A DNA stretch of 64,000 nucleotides. It comes from Candidatus Collierbacteria bacterium (GTDB lineage Bacteria > Patescibacteriota > Microgenomatia > UBA1400 > JACPES01). The stretch covers positions 132 to 64,131 of the forward strand of contig JACRNH010000014.1 of the NCBI GenBank assembly GCA_016219325.1, given 5' to 3'. The translations under genes and the position numbers were made by a program. A model generated the notes under the pieces. That model did no database searches. It was not told the DNA's origin and was given only the letters and a program-made list of their open reading frames with translations. Below are positions 19,445 to 29,680 of the stretch, one piece after another. The number at the start of each line of letters is the position of its first letter. Positions within the stretch are counted from its first letter, which is position 1.

Positions 19445-20626
19445 GGCGACACCGGTTTTTCCGGCCCGGCCGGTCCGGCCGATGCGGTGGATATAATCGT
19501 CATACGACTGCGGCTCGTCATAATTAATTACGTGAGTCACGTCATCAATATCGATTCCGCGGGCGGCCACGTCTGTTGCCAAAAGCGCCTGGACATAGCC
19601 TCTTTTAAAATCATCTAATGATCTTTGTCTGGCTCCGTGAGTTTTGTTGCCGTGAATTGAAGACACTCTTATTCCCCTATCGGATAATTGCTGTTCCAAT
19701 TTATTAATTCCATGTTTTGTTCTGCCAAAAACAATTACTTTCCCAAAATCCTGCTGTAATAGAAGTTTATGCAAAACATCAACCTTATTTTCTCCGGGAC
19801 GGACGTTGACCACGTCCTGATGAATATGATTGCTGGTTTCTTTGGTTTTGACGGTAAATTGAACCGGATCTGTCAAAAACTCACGCATGATCTGCTCGGC
19901 GTCGCGGTTCATGGTGGCGCTAAGAAATGCGGAATGGCGCCTGGTTGATAGTTTTGAAATTAAAAAGCGGATATCTTCTCTAAACCCAATATCCAGCATC
20001 CGGTCAACTTCATCCAAGACCACGTTGGTAAACATCGCCGGATTAAACGCCCTTCTATTTATCAAATCTTTAATTCTTCCCGGAGTCCCGATCACGAAAT
20101 GCGGATTGCGATGGAGAGTTTTGATTTGAGCGGAGATACTGGTGCCGCCAATGCATAAACAAGACCCAATCGGCAGGCCGGCCGAAAACATCCGCAGTTC
20201 AGTATTGATCTGCAGGGCTAATTCGTGGGTCGGAGCCAAAATAAGTACGCCTTGTTCCGGATCCAAAGCAACCTTATTAATGAAGGGAAGCAAAAAAACC
20301 GCGGTTTTGCCGGTGCCGGTATTGGCGATAGCCACTACGTCCCGCCCCTCTAACATAGCCGGAATCGCTTGATCCTGAATCGGAGTCGGAATATCATATT
20401 GATGGCGGCGGATATTCTCCATTAACTTCGGGTGCAAAGCGAAGTCGGCAAATTTGTGCGTAGCAACATACGGAACTTCCGCTTCCGGAGCAGCGGCCAT
20501 ATTTTTGTATAGCGATGGATTTAGCGAAGGCCTCCCGCTTCGACGCGAGGCGAGCCGCCCCCGGTTTCCGTTGAAACGGGGATGCCCACCGAAAGGACGG
20601 GCACGCCGTTGAAATTGGTATGACAT
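19427..20626 (-). CDS. DEAD-box RNA helicase
   Basis: Q motif, TGTGKT, TPGR, DEVD, SAT, HRIGRTGRAG. Confidence 0.95.
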   Translation of the reverse strand: MSYQFQRRARPFGGHPRFNGNRGRLASRRSGRPSLNPSLYKNMAAAPEAEVPYVATHKFADFALHPKLMENIRRHQYDIPTPIQDQAIPAMLEGRDVVAIANTGTGKTAVFLLPFINKVALDPEQGVLILAPTHELALQINTELRMFSAGLPIGSCLCIGGTSISAQIKTLHRNPHFVIGTPGRIKDLINRRAFNPAMFTNVVLDEVDRMLDIGFREDIRFLISKLSTRRHSAFLSATMNRDAEQIMREFLTDPVQFTVKTKETSNHIHQDVVNVRPGENKVDVLHKLLLQQDFGKVIVFGRTKHGINKLEQQLSDRGIRVSSIHGNKTHGARQRSLDDFKRGYVQALLATDVAARGIDIDDVTHVINYDEPQSYDDYIHRIGRTGRAGKTGVALTFVS

Positions 20627-20701
20627 AAATTAGTATCGGAGAGAATCACATGGGGTGGAGTACACCTTTTCAAACCGAAGAACTATAGTATAGCACAATT
20701 T

Positions 20702-21289
20702 CTAACTTAAGTCTTTCTTCTTTTCCTCAAACTCTTTTTTCTCGATTTCTCCGCCGGCGTAACGCTGTTTCAAAATATCCAACGGAGTTTTGCCGTCTTT
20801 ACTATCCCCGGATCTAATTATGTATCGGATTAAAGCCGCCACTCCGAGAACAAACAAAGCCCAAAACAGAAGCATGGACACCCAGCTTAATCCAAAACCG
20901 CCCCAACCTCCATATCCCATCATATAATTTCCACCTCCCTTCGTCGCGACATTAGAACCGCAGCCGCTCAATCTTTTGCCCATTGCGGCGTGCATTTGCT
21001 CTTCGCCCTCTTTCCCCATCATTTGTTCCATCATTTTGTTCATGGATTCGTGAGAATCACCGGCCGTCTGCCCCATAAAATACTCACCCAGCAATTCAAA
21101 GCTGCTATCGGTCAGATCTTTACATTCAAGTTGTTTGGCCTGAAGTTTTTCCCAAATTGCCTTGCCTTCGATTTCTTCGGAAGCAGCGTATATCCTGCCG
21201 GCCCTAGCCGAAAAAACTAATAAAAATAAAATCAAAAGAAATGTCCGGAAAATTGATTTCAACTTGTACCCCTTCTTATTGTTTTTCAT
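20702..21289 (-). CDS. Met-rich membrane protein with C-terminal SHOCT domain
   Basis: HESMNKMMEQMMG; PLDILKQRYAGGEI. Confidence 0.75.
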   Translation of the reverse strand: MKNNKKGYKLKSIFRTFLLILFLLVFSARAGRIYAASEEIEGKAIWEKLQAKQLECKDLTDSSFELLGEYFMGQTAGDSHESMNKMMEQMMGKEGEEQMHAAMGKRLSGCGSNVATKGGGNYMMGYGGWGGFGLSWVSMLLFWALFVLGVAALIRYIIRSGDSKDGKTPLDILKQRYAGGEIEKKEFEEKKKDLS

Positions 21290-21324
21290 TTTAGCACTAT
21301 TGTTGATTTTTCCCAACTCGTTTG

Positions 21325-21379
21325 TTAGTCTATACTAGACTGATGATTAGACTAATCGCTGGACTAATTTTAGACTGAT
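21325..21379. promoter_or_regulatory. Four direct repeats TRGACTRAT (11-12 bp period) plus one inverted copy upstream of fic
   Basis: Copies at 21336, 21348, 21360, 21371; TTAGTCTA at 21325. Confidence 0.6.
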
Positions 21380-21383
21380 TCCT

Positions 21384-22592
21384 ATGACAAATACAACGAT
21401 TCAAAAACCATTTTTTCATCCGTTTTTATCCGCGTTTGCGCTGGCGCCGGAGACGGTGCCGTTTTCCGACAAAGAAATAGCCGAATTTGACCGGGAGTTA
21501 TCAGAATACGAACAAATATTTCTGAATCCGGATGTTGAAAAAAGCTTGATCAGCAAGAACGAACTGCTGGCTTCGTTTGCCATTTCTAAGGCCGAAAATT
21601 CACAGCTGACGCTGACAGAAGCACGAGATGTTTATGATCTGATGATTTCCGACCCTGATTATGATTTTATTAATGAAAAGCTCAAAACCCGAAAAAAACT
21701 GACTCAAAAAGATCACGATAAACTGGAATTTTTTAATATCGCGAAAACGTTTAGGGCTGTCAATCAGAAATCCCTGACGATAGCGGATCTGACTCCGCAT
21801 TTTTTGCGAAGCATCCACCAACAACTAACTCAAGGGCTTGACGTATTCGCGGATTCTCTCCCCGACTTTACCCCATATAAATCAGGCGAATGGAGAAACA
21901 ACGATCTGATTCGAGTCGGAAATTATGTTCCGGCGCCGCACGTCCAGATCGAAACGGGAGTAACGGAACTGTTGGGTTGGCTGAAAAAACATTTTACCGT
22001 TACCGGCGTTGCAATTTTCCATACCGCTTTATACGCCCTACACCCATTTAATAACGGAAATAAACGGGTCTGCCGAGTCCTGGAACACTTATTGCTACGC
22101 AGCCTGGGACTCAACACTAAAAACCTCTACAGCACATCATATTACTACCATAAACAAAAACCTCGGTACTATAAATATCTCCTTTACTCGCTGGAACGAA
22201 AGAACCTAGACCACTTTGTATCATTTGCACTGGAGGCCCTGGTCCTTTCAATCGTGTCAGTGGTAAAAACGAGTTTGGAAGTAAAGCGGAGCGAATTCTT
22301 AGATCGACAAAACTTAGAAGGGCTGATGAAAACGGCGCTACAACCTCTTGTCAAACATCAAGAGGTGCAATTCAAAAACCTTTTCCGTCACGCCCGAAAG
22401 AAAATGGCGCGGCAAACATTAGTGACATACCTTCAGAAAGCCACCGAACAAGACATGCTGGCGAAGCGAGAATCGGGACGGACCACCTTCTACGGCCTAA
22501 ACATTGACTTTCCCGAGGTAAATACGCTTAAGAAATGGCGCGATGTTATCGCGAAAAAATTGACATTCATTCCCGACGAGATTCGATTATAA
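21384..22592 (+). CDS. Fic/Doc family protein with probable C-terminal wHTH
   Basis: HPFNNGNKRVCR motif. Confidence 0.85.
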   Translation: MTNTTIQKPFFHPFLSAFALAPETVPFSDKEIAEFDRELSEYEQIFLNPDVEKSLISKNELLASFAISKAENSQLTLTEARDVYDLMISDPDYDFINEKLKTRKKLTQKDHDKLEFFNIAKTFRAVNQKSLTIADLTPHFLRSIHQQLTQGLDVFADSLPDFTPYKSGEWRNNDLIRVGNYVPAPHVQIETGVTELLGWLKKHFTVTGVAIFHTALYALHPFNNGNKRVCRVLEHLLLRSLGLNTKNLYSTSYYYHKQKPRYYKYLLYSLERKNLDHFVSFALEALVLSIVSVVKTSLEVKRSEFLDRQNLEGLMKTALQPLVKHQEVQFKNLFRHARKKMARQTLVTYLQKATEQDMLAKRESGRTTFYGLNIDFPEVNTLKKWRDVIAKKLTFIPDEIRL

Positions 22593-22666
22593 GCAGCTAT
22601 TTTACCGACTAAGGCGTTGCACTTCTAATGCGAACTCATGATTCCTCTATGTTAAAATTAAATTTG

Positions 22667-22756
22667 ATGGACAACACAGAAGCTGTTAGATATTGGCTAA
22701 AAATCGGGAAAGGGCTTTATGAAGGATTTGCTAAGAAATTGGAGGAAAATATATGA
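22667..22756 (+). pseudogene. Internally deleted HEPN toxin stub (29 aa)
   Basis: MDNTEAVRYWLK...; ATGA overlap with the nucleotidyltransferase gene. Confidence 0.55.
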
Positions 22757-23079
22757 GCCGGCAAAACGCTTTACAATTAGCTTCGAAATTTATAAACATT
22801 GTCAAAAATGAAGGAATCCCGGTAAAGAAAGCTTTTTTATTCTGTTCGTGGGCCAAAGGAACTGCTGACGAAAACAGCGATATCGATGTTTGCGTAATAT
22901 CGCCGGTATTTGGAGCGGATTACACCGGCGAAATGGCCAAGCTGCTAACTATCGCCCAAAAAGTTGACAGCCGGATTGAATCTATCCCTTTTAATCCGGA
23001 AGATATGCTTGACCCCTATAGCTCTCTGGCTTCAGAAATAAAAGCAACGGGCGTAGCGATTCCTATGAGCATTAACTAA
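22753..23079 (+). CDS. Minimal nucleotidyltransferase (MNT)
   Basis: LFCSWAKG...SDIDV (GS motif changed to CS). Confidence 0.85.
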   Translation: MSRQNALQLASKFINIVKNEGIPVKKAFLFCSWAKGTADENSDIDVCVISPVFGADYTGEMAKLLTIAQKVDSRIESIPFNPEDMLDPYSSLASEIKATGVAIPMSIN

Positions 23080-23420
23080 TGCCTGGTAATTGTAATTTTG
23101 GGGTTGTCTTTAATCAAATCCCAATCAATATATTTTAAAAGCTGATTGCTGTTGAATCCGCCGATAACTGTAATTATGGCTTTGACATTTTTATCCCCAA
23201 AAGCTTGGTGTAAATCTTCAATTCTGGATTGAATGCTGGTCGAGGCAAAATCGTCAATTTCCTCAACATGTTTTCCGAAGCTCAACTTTAATCCCAAATC
23301 CGCAAATCTTTTATCGGCAATCTCCCGGCTTCTTTTAGTGATAATCGAGAGCGATCTGGACGGAGCGATAATCCTAACTTCATCCCCGGCTTTTAGTTTT
23401 CGCGGATAAATCTTTTGCAT
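23076..23420 (-). pseudogene. Truncated S66 LD-carboxypeptidase/MccF-like protein
   Basis: LKAGDEVRIIAPS, R..DLHQAF.D, IGGFNSNQLL; stops before the catalytic GYSD motif. Confidence 0.8.
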
Positions 23421-23431
23421 GAAAAATTTTT

Positions 23432-24670
23432 TTACATTAAATACACTTCCTCTTCTGAAATTAAATAAAACTTTTTTTTAAGATGCAGCGCCGATTCCTG
23501 GTATTTCTTCTCATCTGTATTCACCCCGGACTTTATTTCAAAAGCCGCTTTTTCTACCACAAAGTCCAATTCCCTATTGTTAATTCTATAATAATCCACT
23601 TTCCCATATTGTTCTAAAAGCCTCATAAAAACATAGTTTTCAAAATATCGGCCAAAAACCCTAGTATCGTTCAAATAAGAAGTATCAAATCCATTAAGGC
23701 AAAGCGCTAAATTTAAATTTAACCCGTAAATTTTTTTGGTACCAGATAGTTTTCTTCTCATGCTTTTAAAACCAGCGTTATAACAAACATTAAATAAGGC
23801 AATTTCTTCCAGAATTTTCACGTATTCCGCTATTTCCCGCCTATCAGCATCCAATGTTTTTGCCAAGTTATTCGCGCTGTATTCTTGCGCCAGATCAAAA
23901 AATAAAGTCTTAACTACGCTTAAAAACAACTGTCTGTTAATTTTTGCTGAAAAATATGGAATGTCAAAATTAATAATTTGATCGCTCAAGTCCAGAATAT
24001 ATTTACTAGGATTTAATTCCGGATTGGTAATTAATTCCGGGTATTGTCCATAAACCAAATATTTTTTAAACTCTGTCTTGTAAATAGGTAAATTAGATAT
24101 GAATTTCGCTCGATCCTCTGATGGCTCTTCAATATTTTTGAATCTCAAATACTCATGAAAATTTAAGGCCCCAAGCTTATATTTCGCTATCCTTCCTCCC
24201 AAACTTTCTTTTGACCTCTGACGATAAAATAAAGAGGTTGAACCGCTGACAACAAATTTAACGTCGTCCAAAAGATCGTAAGAATATTTAATTTGATCCT
24301 GCCAAAAATCAATGTATTGGATTTCGTCAAAGAAGACATATTTTTTTCCCTGACCCGCGTATTTTTTCAAAAACAAACCTAAAATCGCGTTAATTATATC
24401 TTTTTCGTTTAAACTTCCTGAAAACTGAAAATAACAGATGTTTTTTGATGGGACGCGCTTATTTCTGATGAGCCACGCCATCACTTGTTTCATCAGGAAT
24501 GTTTTTCCGTTTCTTCTGGGACCCGATAGAGTCACAATCAGTCTTTTTTTTCTTGTCTCTTGGCAAAAATTATCAAAAATATCCCGCCTAAAACCAATTG
24601 TTTCAATTTTACTTGAAATCCATTGCGGGTTTTGTTTAATCAATAATTCTTCAAGGTTGTACAAATTCAT
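23432..24670 (-). CDS. AAA+ ATPase with DUF4143
   Basis: GPRRNGKT, FFDEIQ, SGS, FEN.V, ELDFV, EIKS. Confidence 0.9.
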   Translation of the reverse strand: MNLYNLEELLIKQNPQWISSKIETIGFRRDIFDNFCQETRKKRLIVTLSGPRRNGKTFLMKQVMAWLIRNKRVPSKNICYFQFSGSLNEKDIINAILGLFLKKYAGQGKKYVFFDEIQYIDFWQDQIKYSYDLLDDVKFVVSGSTSLFYRQRSKESLGGRIAKYKLGALNFHEYLRFKNIEEPSEDRAKFISNLPIYKTEFKKYLVYGQYPELITNPELNPSKYILDLSDQIINFDIPYFSAKINRQLFLSVVKTLFFDLAQEYSANNLAKTLDADRREIAEYVKILEEIALFNVCYNAGFKSMRRKLSGTKKIYGLNLNLALCLNGFDTSYLNDTRVFGRYFENYVFMRLLEQYGKVDYYRINNRELDFVVEKAAFEIKSGVNTDEKKYQESALHLKKKFYLISEEEVYLM

Positions 24671-24762
24671 GACAGTTTTATGCTAATAGTTGTACATTAG
24701 TTTGTCAAGTATCTATTAACACTCGTATTAAATCGCGCAGAAAATCGCGTAAACAAATCATT

Positions 24763-25251
24763 CTAAGCCTCCTTTTTTGCTCTAATAATCTCCAGCACCG
24801 GCGTCAGGTGAAATTTAACCTGAATGTCCTTGTCCAGCCTTAACTTAATCATCGGAAAATCCGGTTGGCCGATGGCGCTGATGTCCCAAGAAATATTGAG
24901 GTATTTTTTCATAAACGATTCAAAATCGCCAATCACAAATTCAACATGTTCCAATGCTGATGGACAAACTTGGCCTTCTTTCGGGGCCACCAATTCAATT
25001 GCCATATTTGTGTACTGATGATAGTGGAACGGATTGTTAAGTTTGTAAATTCCAACTCTGCGTCCGCCGACAATTTTTTCTGAAACGAATTGGCCGAGTT
25101 TATCAAACTCTGCTTTTAGATTGTCATAATCTTCGTTGGATGAGGCCTGATAGCCGATATGATCCATGTTCAGGCCGGATACGTCAATCTTCAATTCGCC
25201 AAGCTTGTCCAAAACTCCTTTAATAAAAGTTTCGTAATTCTCTAAAATCAT
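24763..25251 (-). CDS. VOC/YecM family protein
   Basis: DHIGY, GGR, IELVAPK, EHVEFV, VKFH. Confidence 0.8.
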   Translation of the reverse strand: MILENYETFIKGVLDKLGELKIDVSGLNMDHIGYQASSNEDYDNLKAEFDKLGQFVSEKIVGGRRVGIYKLNNPFHYHQYTNMAIELVAPKEGQVCPSALEHVEFVIGDFESFMKKYLNISWDISAIGQPDFPMIKLRLDKDIQVKFHLTPVLEIIRAKKEA

Positions 25252-25436
25252 ATTTTTTATTGTTGAAATATCCTTCTATTGTTGTTTATTGCTTAATTTT
25301 ACCTTAAACTTTGACAGCATGTTTAATTATTCCATTGCCGACGAAGAACACTGGAATTATATAAAATGTTATATAACATTTTATATTTATCATCATAATA
25401 AAAAGGGGTTAATTTTTTCTTTTGACATGACATCAA

Positions 25437-26306
25437 TTATTTAGATGCCTTCATCTTAGCGTATGCCTCTGCCGGAGATAAACCGTTTAAACATTTATGG
25501 GGAAAATAATTCCATATATCCTGCATTATTTCCGGCTTCTCGTACAAAAACTTCTCGGATAACCCTTTCTTAGTTAAGCTCTTCCAGAAGTCTAATATAT
25601 TTACCCTGTTCTCTTGATAAATTTCACTTATCAAAGCGTCAAAAGTAAGGCTGAAACGATACTTCTCCGCGTTTTCTTCAAAAACCTGTTTGAGCTGTTT
25701 CCTTCTGTTTTTGATTTGTTTTTTAGTTACCGCTTCCGGAGGCGCCTGATTATTGTTATGCGCCATCAGCAACTCAACCGTATCTCTCGGTGAATAATTT
25801 GTAATCTTAAACCTCCTCATGTGTTTTTTAGATCTTTCGGTATACGTTATAGGAAAATAAACGGAATTTGCCCCAACCAAATACCAATTACCGTTAACTT
25901 TAGCGATTCTACCGGGAATTGACCCCTTATCTTTTAAGGTTATAGTGCCTGTTTTTTCCAATACTTTATAGATTTTTCCGGTATGAAGGTCTTCCAGAAT
26001 AAACCATTTCCCTTTATTGATCTCTTGGATTTCAAACATGCTGTAAAATTGAGATCGGGAGATTTGCTCAAATTGGCCAATCTTTTCAGCGTCAAAATTG
26101 TCAGGGTTCCGGAGAATATACTCAACCAAAAATGTGGTCCCGCCTTTTTGTTTATACTCAAAAGTCAACCATTCTAAAAATAGCTCTTCCCACTCTGTTC
26201 GCAATTGGTCTACAGGCAAATGCCCAAAAAACTCCCTATACGCTTTGTCGACCTCACCGGGCTTGGTCATCGAAAAATCTATCACTTTCCGTAACGGAAA
26301 CCTCAT
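25437..26306 (-). CDS. Hypothetical protein
   Basis: 289-aa ORF; WNYFPHKCLNGLSPAE C-terminal motif. Confidence 0.7.
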   Translation of the reverse strand: MRFPLRKVIDFSMTKPGEVDKAYREFFGHLPVDQLRTEWEELFLEWLTFEYKQKGGTTFLVEYILRNPDNFDAEKIGQFEQISRSQFYSMFEIQEINKGKWFILEDLHTGKIYKVLEKTGTITLKDKGSIPGRIAKVNGNWYLVGANSVYFPITYTERSKKHMRRFKITNYSPRDTVELLMAHNNNQAPPEAVTKKQIKNRRKQLKQVFEENAEKYRFSLTFDALISEIYQENRVNILDFWKSLTKKGLSEKFLYEKPEIMQDIWNYFPHKCLNGLSPAEAYAKMKASK

Positions 26307-26348
26307 ATTTGCTAGTCTAACATGCCAGCCCGTAGCTGTAAAAACAGA

Positions 26349-26966
26349 TCAGAAGCCTAAATTTTCTTCAACCAAAATCATGCGGACTTTCCGGCCCAAT
26401 TTCGGATTCTCGCCTTTAAAAACAACAATTTTATTCACGGCTGTCCCAACCCCGTACTTTTCCATCATATGTTTATCTTCCAGCGGGACAACGTAATCTT
26501 CCAAACGCTTCATGGCTTCAGCAAACGAGGAAACAATTTTTTTGGTGCTGACGACAAAGATTAAATTCGGCGAGGTAAAAACAATGTGCGGCAGCTGGCT
26601 GCCGGTATTTGAAGCAATGATAAATTCGCCATTTTCCGTCAAGGCATGAACGCTGCCTAAATAATAATCCGACAGAACCGCCTGTTTCCGCAAGGCGGAT
26701 TGTTTAACCTGATCTTTTTCCGCCACGATCCCCTCGTGTAAATTATTCCATCCATGCGTTCCGGATTTAAGATAATCCACAAACCCGATTTGCTCCAGAG
26801 TCACCGAGGCTCCATTCATAACCGAGGCCCCCTGAGGAATTAATGATTTGATTTTTTCTAAGGCTTCCGCCCCGTTTTTTACCACCGCCGCTTCAACATG
26901 CTTTTCCGCCAAAGCCATAACCGTCCGGTCAACAATTTCTTTTGATGCCAATAAAGTGTAATCCAT
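26349..26966 (-). CDS. LUD (lactate utilization) domain protein
   Basis: GASVTLEQIG, GSVHALTENG, VVSTKKIV. Confidence 0.8.
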   Translation of the reverse strand: MDYTLLASKEIVDRTVMALAEKHVEAAVVKNGAEALEKIKSLIPQGASVMNGASVTLEQIGFVDYLKSGTHGWNNLHEGIVAEKDQVKQSALRKQAVLSDYYLGSVHALTENGEFIIASNTGSQLPHIVFTSPNLIFVVSTKKIVSSFAEAMKRLEDYVVPLEDKHMMEKYGVGTAVNKIVVFKGENPKLGRKVRMILVEENLGF

Positions 26967-27055
26967 TTAATTTTAGTATGACTATAAAGCGGTCTGAAGT
27001 CAAATATTCCGGGGACTTTCACAAGGTGGCATAACGCCAGTATACCCTCTTGAAA

Positions 27056-27607
27056 TTAAATAGTAGACAGATAGTTTCTAAGTTTTTCCAAGGCAATTTT
27101 TCTTGATGAAATCGCATTTTTTTCTGACATTTCCAACTCCCCAAAAGTTTTATCGTTTCCATTTGGCACGAAAACAGAATCCCAGCCAAACCCTTTATCA
27201 CCTCTTGGCTCATCAGGGATAGATCCGTCTATTTTCCCGGAAACAATCTTCAGGTTTTTCCCGTCATAGTAGGCGATAGCCGACTCTGAATAAGCCGTCC
27301 TGTTAGTTTCAGCACGCATCATCTTACAGATTCCCTCGCACCCTACCGTATCTAGAAACCAACGCACCAAGGCTCCGAGCAATCCTTTCCATGCATTAAA
27401 ATACAACGATGTATCTTCTACTAAAATGGCATAACCCAGCGATTTATATGCTTCTTCGGCTTTGTTCTTAATTACTTCTTTCCCGTCAACTGTTTGTATT
27501 TCATCAAGATCGAGTTTTTTAAGTTCAACTTGGAATCCGTCTCCCAAGATGTCCTGGGCCTCTCTTACTTTTCCCTCGGTATTAGTAACAAAAATTATCT
27601 TTTTCAT
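27056..27607 (-). CDS. Non-canonical purine NTP pyrophosphatase (HAM1/RdgB family)
   Basis: FVTNTEGKVRE, LVEDTSL, FGWDSVF, KNAISSR. Confidence 0.9.
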   Translation of the reverse strand: MKKIIFVTNTEGKVREAQDILGDGFQVELKKLDLDEIQTVDGKEVIKNKAEEAYKSLGYAILVEDTSLYFNAWKGLLGALVRWFLDTVGCEGICKMMRAETNRTAYSESAIAYYDGKNLKIVSGKIDGSIPDEPRGDKGFGWDSVFVPNGNDKTFGELEMSEKNAISSRKIALEKLRNYLSTI

Positions 27608-27611
27608 CCCT

Positions 27612-28370
27612 TTATGGTTTTTCTGCCGCAATGACCACCCTATGTCTTGGGAATCTAATTCCCTTTTCCGTTTGGAAATTTACCACATATTCTCTTAGAG
27701 ATTGTTTGTCTTTTTCAGAGTCAAAGTCTTCAAATATCGGCACGCCTTGTAAAAATAGATCCAGGTCATCGTGCGATGCGTAATATTCGTCATAGATATA
27801 GTCTTGGGAAAAGACAATTTCAAAACCCACCCTTTTCAGTTCTTGTTTATCCTTTACTAATCTTGAGGTATTCCATTGGCCAAAATCCTGACCCCGGCCA
27901 AATATTTCTTTGATTCCCTGACAATCTTTTTCGCCAATATCTATCCCGATAAAGTAACCGCCTGATTTTAATAATCTGTGAAACTCGGCAAAAGGCGTCG
28001 GACCGCGGCGGCTATAAATTACATCAAAAGATTTAGCCGGAAACGATGTTTTAGCGGCATTTTGAAGTTTAAAAATAACATTTTTGACGCGTAAGACACT
28101 TCTTTTATGCCCGGCAATTTTTAATAATTCTTTAGATGTGTCAATTCCGGTGATGCTTAAAAAGTATTTGGCTATTTGGAAAGCAAACTTTCCGTCGCCG
28201 CAGCCGGCGTCGAGGGCAATTTTGTTTTTATTTGCCAATCCAAGCAGTTTTTTCTTAAAAATTTTCTCGGGGTCTCCGTCCGGATATTCGGTAAGATGCT
28301 TTACATGGCCTTTGCCGAAGGCATATCCGCCGAATTTTTTAGCGACTTTATCGTAGAAATTAGATGTCAT
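27612..28370 (-). CDS. Class I SAM-dependent methyltransferase
   Basis: LDAGCGDG, GID.S, FDVIYSRRGP. Confidence 0.9.
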   Translation of the reverse strand: MTSNFYDKVAKKFGGYAFGKGHVKHLTEYPDGDPEKIFKKKLLGLANKNKIALDAGCGDGKFAFQIAKYFLSITGIDTSKELLKIAGHKRSVLRVKNVIFKLQNAAKTSFPAKSFDVIYSRRGPTPFAEFHRLLKSGGYFIGIDIGEKDCQGIKEIFGRGQDFGQWNTSRLVKDKQELKRVGFEIVFSQDYIYDEYYASHDDLDLFLQGVPIFEDFDSEKDKQSLREYVVNFQTEKGIRFPRHRVVIAAEKP

Positions 28371-28376
28371 AACAGT

Positions 28377-29024
28377 TTACGGACAGGCTTTGGCTTTGGC
28401 AAAGCCGGCTGTTTGGGCTTGTTTTTCGGAACAAAACCATTGATCGCCGCGAAAAAGATCGACGGAAATATTATCGTATCTGACTCCGCAGCTAGGAAGA
28501 TAATATATTTTGTCGCCGGTAGCATCATTTATATTTGCCTTAACCCGGCATTTTCCGTCCGGAGGGATAGTTTGAGAGCATTTTTGGCTGTAAATTCCGA
28601 TTTTATTTTTCCTGGCATTCTCTCCGCTTTCCCTCATGGCCTTCGCGTCCAAAGAGTCGGAACTATCGTAGGCTGCCCAACCGGAAGCGATCATCAGGTT
28701 ATTGACCGAAGCTCCGTCAAGATAAACATCCGAAACCAGCCTTTTGAAAGTGTCGTTGGCCGTAGAAGAAATTTTAACTTTTTTATTTAATATTAATTTT
28801 TCCAATTCATCTTTGGCTTCCTGCGATCCGCAGAGTCCCATTTCCGGAGCGTCTATTCCCAGAATTCTGACTTTTGCTCCAGTATTAGTTACAAAAGTAT
28901 CTCCGTCGGTCACTTCGGTTACCGTATAAAAATCTTTGTTTCTGGTTTTTATTTTGTCCGCGGTAAGGTAAATGTTGAAGAAGACAGAGAGAACAATAAA
29001 AAGAATTCCAAAAATCTTTTTCAC
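28377..29024 (-). CDS. Thermonuclease (SNase) family protein
   Basis: VTDGDTF, VRILGIDAPE; C-terminal WFCSEKQA..AGF. Confidence 0.9.
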   Translation of the reverse strand: MKKIFGILFIVLSVFFNIYLTADKIKTRNKDFYTVTEVTDGDTFVTNTGAKVRILGIDAPEMGLCGSQEAKDELEKLILNKKVKISSTANDTFKRLVSDVYLDGASVNNLMIASGWAAYDSSDSLDAKAMRESGENARKNKIGIYSQKCSQTIPPDGKCRVKANINDATGDKIYYLPSCGVRYDNISVDLFRGDQWFCSEKQAQTAGFAKAKACP

Positions 29025-29055
29025 AAGTTAAATGTAGCATAAAAGGAAACTAGAT

Positions 29056-29595
29056 TTAAACCTCTAACCAACCGCGGAAACCGCGGCCGGCATAATAAGA
29101 GTCTGCACCGTTGTGATAGATAAAAACATGATCGTAACGGCGGTCGGCAAAGACGGCTCCCCCGAGTTTTCTGATTTCAGCCGGCGTTTTTATCCAACTT
29201 GAAGTTTTCGTATCAAAAGCGCCAAGTATCTGCAACTCCTGATATTGTTCTTCCGTTAAAAGTTCGATTCCCATGGCGTTTGCCATTTCAACGGCGCTAC
29301 TTTTCGGCTTATATTCTTTCCTTGACTCCAGCGCTTCGCGGTCATAACAAACGCTTCTCCGGCCTTTGGGGCTTTCCGCGCTGCAATCATAAAAAATGTA
29401 TTCACCCGTATTTTTATTCAACCCAACAACATCCGGCTCACCGTCGGTTCTTTCCATTTCCGAAAGCGACCATAATTTTTGGGGATTTTCTTCCAGCCGT
29501 TTTTGGACCTTAATCCATTCAAGGCCTTTATGGCGGTTCATGTTTTTCTCAAACCGGGGTTTCAATACCTTAAACAATTTTTCCTTATCGTTCAT
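29056..29595 (-). CDS. DUF4256 family protein
   Basis: RFEKNMNRH, SPKGRRSVCYD, YHNGADSYY. Confidence 0.85.
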   Translation of the reverse strand: MNDKEKLFKVLKPRFEKNMNRHKGLEWIKVQKRLEENPQKLWSLSEMERTDGEPDVVGLNKNTGEYIFYDCSAESPKGRRSVCYDREALESRKEYKPKSSAVEMANAMGIELLTEEQYQELQILGAFDTKTSSWIKTPAEIRKLGGAVFADRRYDHVFIYHNGADSYYAGRGFRGWLEV

Positions 29596-29646
29596 GCTTT
29601 TATTTTAACAGTCTCCTTTTTTGTCTTTTGGAAAAAATTAAAAACT

Positions 29647-29672
29647 TCTCTACCGCGCCGCTATCCGCGCCA
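29647..29672. repeat. TCTCTACCGCGCC...CTATCCGCGCCA motif, copy 1
   Basis: Direct repeat of 31142-31178. Confidence 0.8.
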
Positions 29673-29680
29673 AATACCAA

